A stretch of DNA of 64,000 nt from Paracoccaceae bacterium (GTDB lineage Bacteria; Pseudomonadota; Alphaproteobacteria; Rhodobacterales; Rhodobacteraceae), in contig JBNLBF010000008.1 of assembly GCA_050302475.1 (NCBI GenBank), positions 64,121 through 128,120 of the forward strand, written 5' to 3'. Positions 60,678-64,000 of the stretch are shown piece after piece. Within the stretch, counting starts at the first letter, position 1. Every line of letters starts with the position of its first letter. The notes under the pieces are model-generated. The model was not told the origin of the DNA, did not search any database, and saw only the letters and a list, made by a program, of their open reading frames with translations. A program made the translations under genes and the position numbers.

Positions 60678-61373
60678 ATGAAAGCTGATCTGAACTTTGC
60701 CAAACTGAACGATGCGCCGCGCACGATGGGGCAAAAGGTCCATGACACACTGAAGCAAGCGATCGTGCAATTGCAGTTGCGTCCCGGAAATTTACTGTCG
60801 GAAAAAGATATTGCCGATCAGTTCGGTGTGTCACGCCAGCCGGTGCGCGAAGCCTTTATCAAACTGGCCGATGAGGGGCTGGTTGAAATTCGCCCGCAGC
60901 GGGGCACGTTTGTCGTGATGATCTCACGTCGCGAGGTGGAGAATGCCAGATTTATCCGCGAGGCCATTGAAGTTGCCATTGTGCGCAAGGCGGCAGAGGG
61001 GATTGACCGCGACTCGCTGGATTTGATCGAGGACAGCCTGATCGCCCAACGCCGCGCGATGGAGCGCGGGGACACGGTCGCGTTTCTGCTGCAGGACGAG
61101 GTATTTCACCGCGAACTGGCGCGGTCGGTTGATTGCGAACATGCGTGGCAGGTAGTTGAAAAGCTGAAGTCCCAGATGGACCGCGTGCGCTATTTGTCGA
61201 TGCCACTGGCAACGCCGATTGAAACGCTGATTACGCAACATATGGCGATATTCGAAGCAGTTCGCGCACGTCGGGGTGATCAGGCCGAAGAGGTGATGCG
61301 CCAGCACTTGTCCGAGATTTTGAAATCCCTCCCAAAGATTGCCGAGGAGCATTCGGATATTTTTGTGGATTGA
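60678..61373 (+). CDS. GntR-family transcriptional regulator (FadR/FCD subfamily)
   Basis: 231 aa. N-terminal wHTH (LLSEKDIADQFGVSRQPVREAF), C-terminal FCD domain. Divergent from the TRAP operon. Confidence 0.85.
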   Translation: MKADLNFAKLNDAPRTMGQKVHDTLKQAIVQLQLRPGNLLSEKDIADQFGVSRQPVREAFIKLADEGLVEIRPQRGTFVVMISRREVENARFIREAIEVAIVRKAAEGIDRDSLDLIEDSLIAQRRAMERGDTVAFLLQDEVFHRELARSVDCEHAWQVVEKLKSQMDRVRYLSMPLATPIETLITQHMAIFEAVRARRGDQAEEVMRQHLSEILKSLPKIAEEHSDIFVD

Positions 61374-61397
61374 AGGGGCAATTTCATCCACCGCTCG

Positions 61398-62294
61398 CTA
61401 GAGCTGCACCAACGCCCCACGCTGCATGATGACTTTGGCGGAGGTTTCGGCGCCTTTGCGGACACCCTCTATCACACTGCCCCCTGACGCCAGTACGGCG
61501 AATAACCCTGCGTTGAAGCTGTCGCCGGCTGCCGTTGAATCTACGATATCAGTGATCGGGGTTGGGGCGAAACTTTCGGTGATGCCGCCGTCGTGGATTA
61601 GCATTTCGCCTTCGCCGTTTTTCACAATCACCAGTGGCGCGGCGTAGCGGGCGGCGGTGTCGGCGGGGGTTGCGTCGCCGAAATACTGTGCCTCGTCTTC
61701 AAAGGATGGAAGAACGATGTCAGCGAGGGATGCGGCTTCGGTAATCGCGGCGCACATGGTCTCCGTGTCAGGCCAAAGGCGCGGGCGGAGGTTGGGGTCA
61801 AAGGCGACAATAGCCCCAGCGGAGCGCGCGGCTTTAAGTGATGTGAACAGGTGCTGACGATCCGCGTGAGTCATGATCGCCAGTGTGATCCCAGAAAAAT
61901 AGATGATCCCGGCGTCAGCCATAACCTCGGCCAGTTTCCCCTCGTCAGCGGCCAGTTGGCGTGCGGCGGAGGTTTCGCGCCAGTAGGAAAATGATCGCTC
62001 TCCATCCTTAAGCTGGATTATATAGAGGCCTGCCGTCTTGCCCGGCAGCCTTGTGATCGTATCCGTCCTGACACCTGACGCCGCCATGAATTCCAGCATC
62101 TCGTCTGAGGCAGCGTCATCCCCCACGGCGGTAAAATAATCGACGTTCCAATCCGATGGCATCAGCTTACGCGCGTACCAGGCCGTGTTAAACGTGTCGC
62201 CAGCAAAGCCCATCCGGTAGGTGGAGTCACCAAGCGGTGCCATTTCCACCATGCACTCGCCAATGCACAAAAGTGAGGGGGCGCGGAATTTCAT
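61398..62294 (-). CDS. kdgK: PfkB-family sugar kinase, probably 2-dehydro-3-deoxygluconokinase
   Basis: 298 aa. N-terminal LLCIGECMVE, C-terminal DSTAAGDSFNAG motif. Adjacent to uxuB/uxuA. Confidence 0.75.
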   Translation of the reverse strand: MKFRAPSLLCIGECMVEMAPLGDSTYRMGFAGDTFNTAWYARKLMPSDWNVDYFTAVGDDAASDEMLEFMAASGVRTDTITRLPGKTAGLYIIQLKDGERSFSYWRETSAARQLAADEGKLAEVMADAGIIYFSGITLAIMTHADRQHLFTSLKAARSAGAIVAFDPNLRPRLWPDTETMCAAITEAASLADIVLPSFEDEAQYFGDATPADTAARYAAPLVIVKNGEGEMLIHDGGITESFAPTPITDIVDSTAAGDSFNAGLFAVLASGGSVIEGVRKGAETSAKVIMQRGALVQL

Positions 62295-62373
62295 ATTTGC
62301 TCCTTGGCGAAAGGTTGCATACTAGTATAGTAGTGATCCGTCCTCGCGGAAACTTCTGGAGAAATGCATAGAG

Positions 62374-63804
62374 ATGAGCGCCGCTGAAAACAATCCCCTG
62401 ATCGGTCGAACCCAAGGGCGCACACGTCCCGGTGTCGGGATCGTGCATCTTGGCCTTGGCGCATTTTTCCGCGCGCATGGTGCGATTTATGTGGCCGAAG
62501 CGATGGCAAAGCAAGGTGGCGATTGGGGGATCACGGGCGTCAGCCTGATGCGCCCCAATCAGCGTGACCTGCTGGCACCGCAGGACTGTGTCTATACGGC
62601 GCTGGAGCTGGGACCGGACGGGACGACCCCGCAAAAGATCGAAGTGATCGAAAATGTGTTGGTCGCGCCAGAAGATCCGAAAGCGGTGCTATCCGCGATG
62701 GCTGACCCCGCTGTGAAAATCGTGACACTGACGGTGACGGAAAAGGGCTACTGTCATGAGCCCTCCACCGGTAAGCTGAATCGGGCTCATCCGGACATCG
62801 TGCATGACATCGAGAACCCGACCGCGCCGAAATCGGTGGTGGGGTATCTGGTGGCAGGGCTGGCGCGCCGCAAAGCGGCTGGCGTGCAGCCTTTTACGGT
62901 GCTGTGCTGCGACAACCTGCCGGACAACGGCAAAGTCGTGCGCGGCGTTGTGTTGGAACTGGCGGGGCTGGTCGACAAAGATCTGGCGGACTGGATCGCG
63001 GCAGAAGTCGCGTTCCCCTGCACCATGGTTGACCGGATCGTCCCAGCGACGAAGCCAGAAGATATCGAAACGGTGGCGGCCTTGACCGGCACTCGCGACA
63101 ACGCGCCGGTGATGCATGAACCTTTCCGCCAATGGGTGATCGAAGATAATTTCTGCAATGACCGACCGGATTTCGCTGCGGTCGGTGTACAGATGGTGGA
63201 CGAGGTTGCGCCGTTTGAGGATATGAAGCTGCGCTGTCTGAACGGAACCCATTCGACGCTGGCCTATCTGGGCTATCTGTCCGGGTACGAAACGATCAGC
63301 GATACCGTGGCGGATACGGCCTTCGCCGATTTCTGCCGTTACCTGTGGCGGGCTGAGATCATCCCAACGCTGGACCCGCCGGAGGGGGTTGGTCTGGGCG
63401 CCTATGCGGACGAGCTGCTGACGCGCTACCAAAACCCGTCGATCCGGCATCTGACATGGCAGATTGCCATGGATGGCTCGCAAAAGCTGCCGCAGCGCTT
63501 GTTGGGGACAATTGCCGACAATCTGGCGGCGGGGCGTGACTGTCCGGGGCTGATTTTGGCGGTGGCGGGTTGGATGCGTTATGTCGGAGGGATCGATGAG
63601 AAGGGTCAGCCGATTGACGTGAAGGACCCGCTGGCGGATCGGTTGGCGACGTTGAAGTCGGTTGATGATTTTCTGGCCGTTCGCGAGGTTTTCCCGACGG
63701 AGTTGGCGGGGAATGCTGATTTCCGAGCGGCGCTGGAAGCCGCTTTTGATCAATTGAAAACCAACGGCGCGCGCGCTTCTGTGGAGGCGTTCCAACATGC
63801 TTGA
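62374..63804 (+). CDS. uxuB: mannitol-dehydrogenase-family oxidoreductase (fructuronate/mannonate oxidoreductase UxuB-like)
   Basis: 476 aa. N-terminal [13 protein letters not shown] Rossmann fold, long-chain mannitol DH family. Confidence 0.8.
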   Translation: MSAAENNPLIGRTQGRTRPGVGIVHLGLGAFFRAHGAIYVAEAMAKQGGDWGITGVSLMRPNQRDLLAPQDCVYTALELGPDGTTPQKIEVIENVLVAPEDPKAVLSAMADPAVKIVTLTVTEKGYCHEPSTGKLNRAHPDIVHDIENPTAPKSVVGYLVAGLARRKAAGVQPFTVLCCDNLPDNGKVVRGVVLELAGLVDKDLADWIAAEVAFPCTMVDRIVPATKPEDIETVAALTGTRDNAPVMHEPFRQWVIEDNFCNDRPDFAAVGVQMVDEVAPFEDMKLRCLNGTHSTLAYLGYLSGYETISDTVADTAFADFCRYLWRAEIIPTLDPPEGVGLGAYADELLTRYQNPSIRHLTWQIAMDGSQKLPQRLLGTIADNLAAGRDCPGLILAVAGWMRYVGGIDEKGQPIDVKDPLADRLATLKSVDDFLAVREVFPTELAGNADFRAALEAAFDQLKTNGARASVEAFQHA

Positions 63805-64000
63805 ATCCTGGCGCTGGTATGGACCGCTCGACAAAATCACATTGGCTGAGATCGCGCAGACACGGGTGACGGGAATTGTGACCTCACTGCACGAAATCCC
63901 CTATGGGGAGGTCTGGTCGGTGGAGGCGATTGAGGCGCGCAAAGCGCTGATTGCGGAACCGGATTTAGGACTGCACTGGAATGTCGCTGAGAGCCTGCCG
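63797..64000 (+). CDS. uxuA: mannonate dehydratase (5' fragment, continues beyond window)
   Basis: [45 protein letters not shown] matches UxuA N-terminus. ATG overlaps uxuB stop. Confidence 0.85.
   Translation, partial: MLESWRWYGPLDKITLAEIAQTRVTGIVTSLHEIPYGEVWSVEAIEARKALIAEPDLGLHWNVAESLP

Noticed and set aside
62689-63840. 383-aa minus-strand ORF
   Set aside because: Antisense to the uxuB-like gene. Spurious.
1-64000. CRISPR arrays, rRNA genes, integrase/transposase/phage structural genes
   Set aside because: I scanned for regularly spaced direct repeats and for recombinase motifs and found none. The only repeats are the MITE-like pair, the triplicated terminator and the tRNA-like motifs described above.

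Overview
This is a high-GC chromosome segment that looks alphaproteobacterial, probably Rhodobacteraceae-like. The taxonomic guess rests only on gene content and synteny.

Most of the window is housekeeping genes in conserved order:
- irr // fabA-fabB-fabI
- gshB, yraN-rsmI // lpoA-like, glnD-murJ, trpS
- miaB .. phoH-ybeY-corC-lnt-metK .. trmB .. aroA .. cmk-rpsA-ihfB-lapA-trpF-GNAT-trpB
- pyrF, clpB, aspS
- a hexuronate-type catabolic locus (TRAP dctPQM, gntR, kdgK-like, uxuB-like, uxuA partial)

Several small accessory islets sit between these core blocks. Most have lower GC and encode proteins of unknown function:
1. A low-GC islet at 11.6-13.0 kb with three small membrane or Cys-rich ORFs.
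2. A 1.3-kb insertion between miaB and phoH: a small upstream ORF, an OmpA-family protein and a lipoprotein. The two larger proteins share an unannotated ~35-aa two-Cys secreted domain.
3. A 694-aa Cys-rich secreted orphan protein.
4. A low-GC orphan gene between aroA and cmk.
5. A ~3.8-kb segment between trpB and pyrF, where trpA would be expected. It holds degenerate tRNA-like elements (three tandem tRNA T-arm motifs, one a nearly complete tRNA-Arg(TCT) with a broken acceptor stem), an SPFH/band-7 gene, and two tandem paralogous small outer-membrane beta-barrel genes. Each gene is followed by the same GNRA-tetraloop terminator. A ~140-bp MITE-like element with 17-bp terminal inverted repeats sits at the end of this segment and has a second copy at 23.8 kb.

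No CRISPR array, rRNA gene, integrase or transposase was found. Many long reverse-strand ORFs in the track are antisense artefacts of the GC-rich coding strand.
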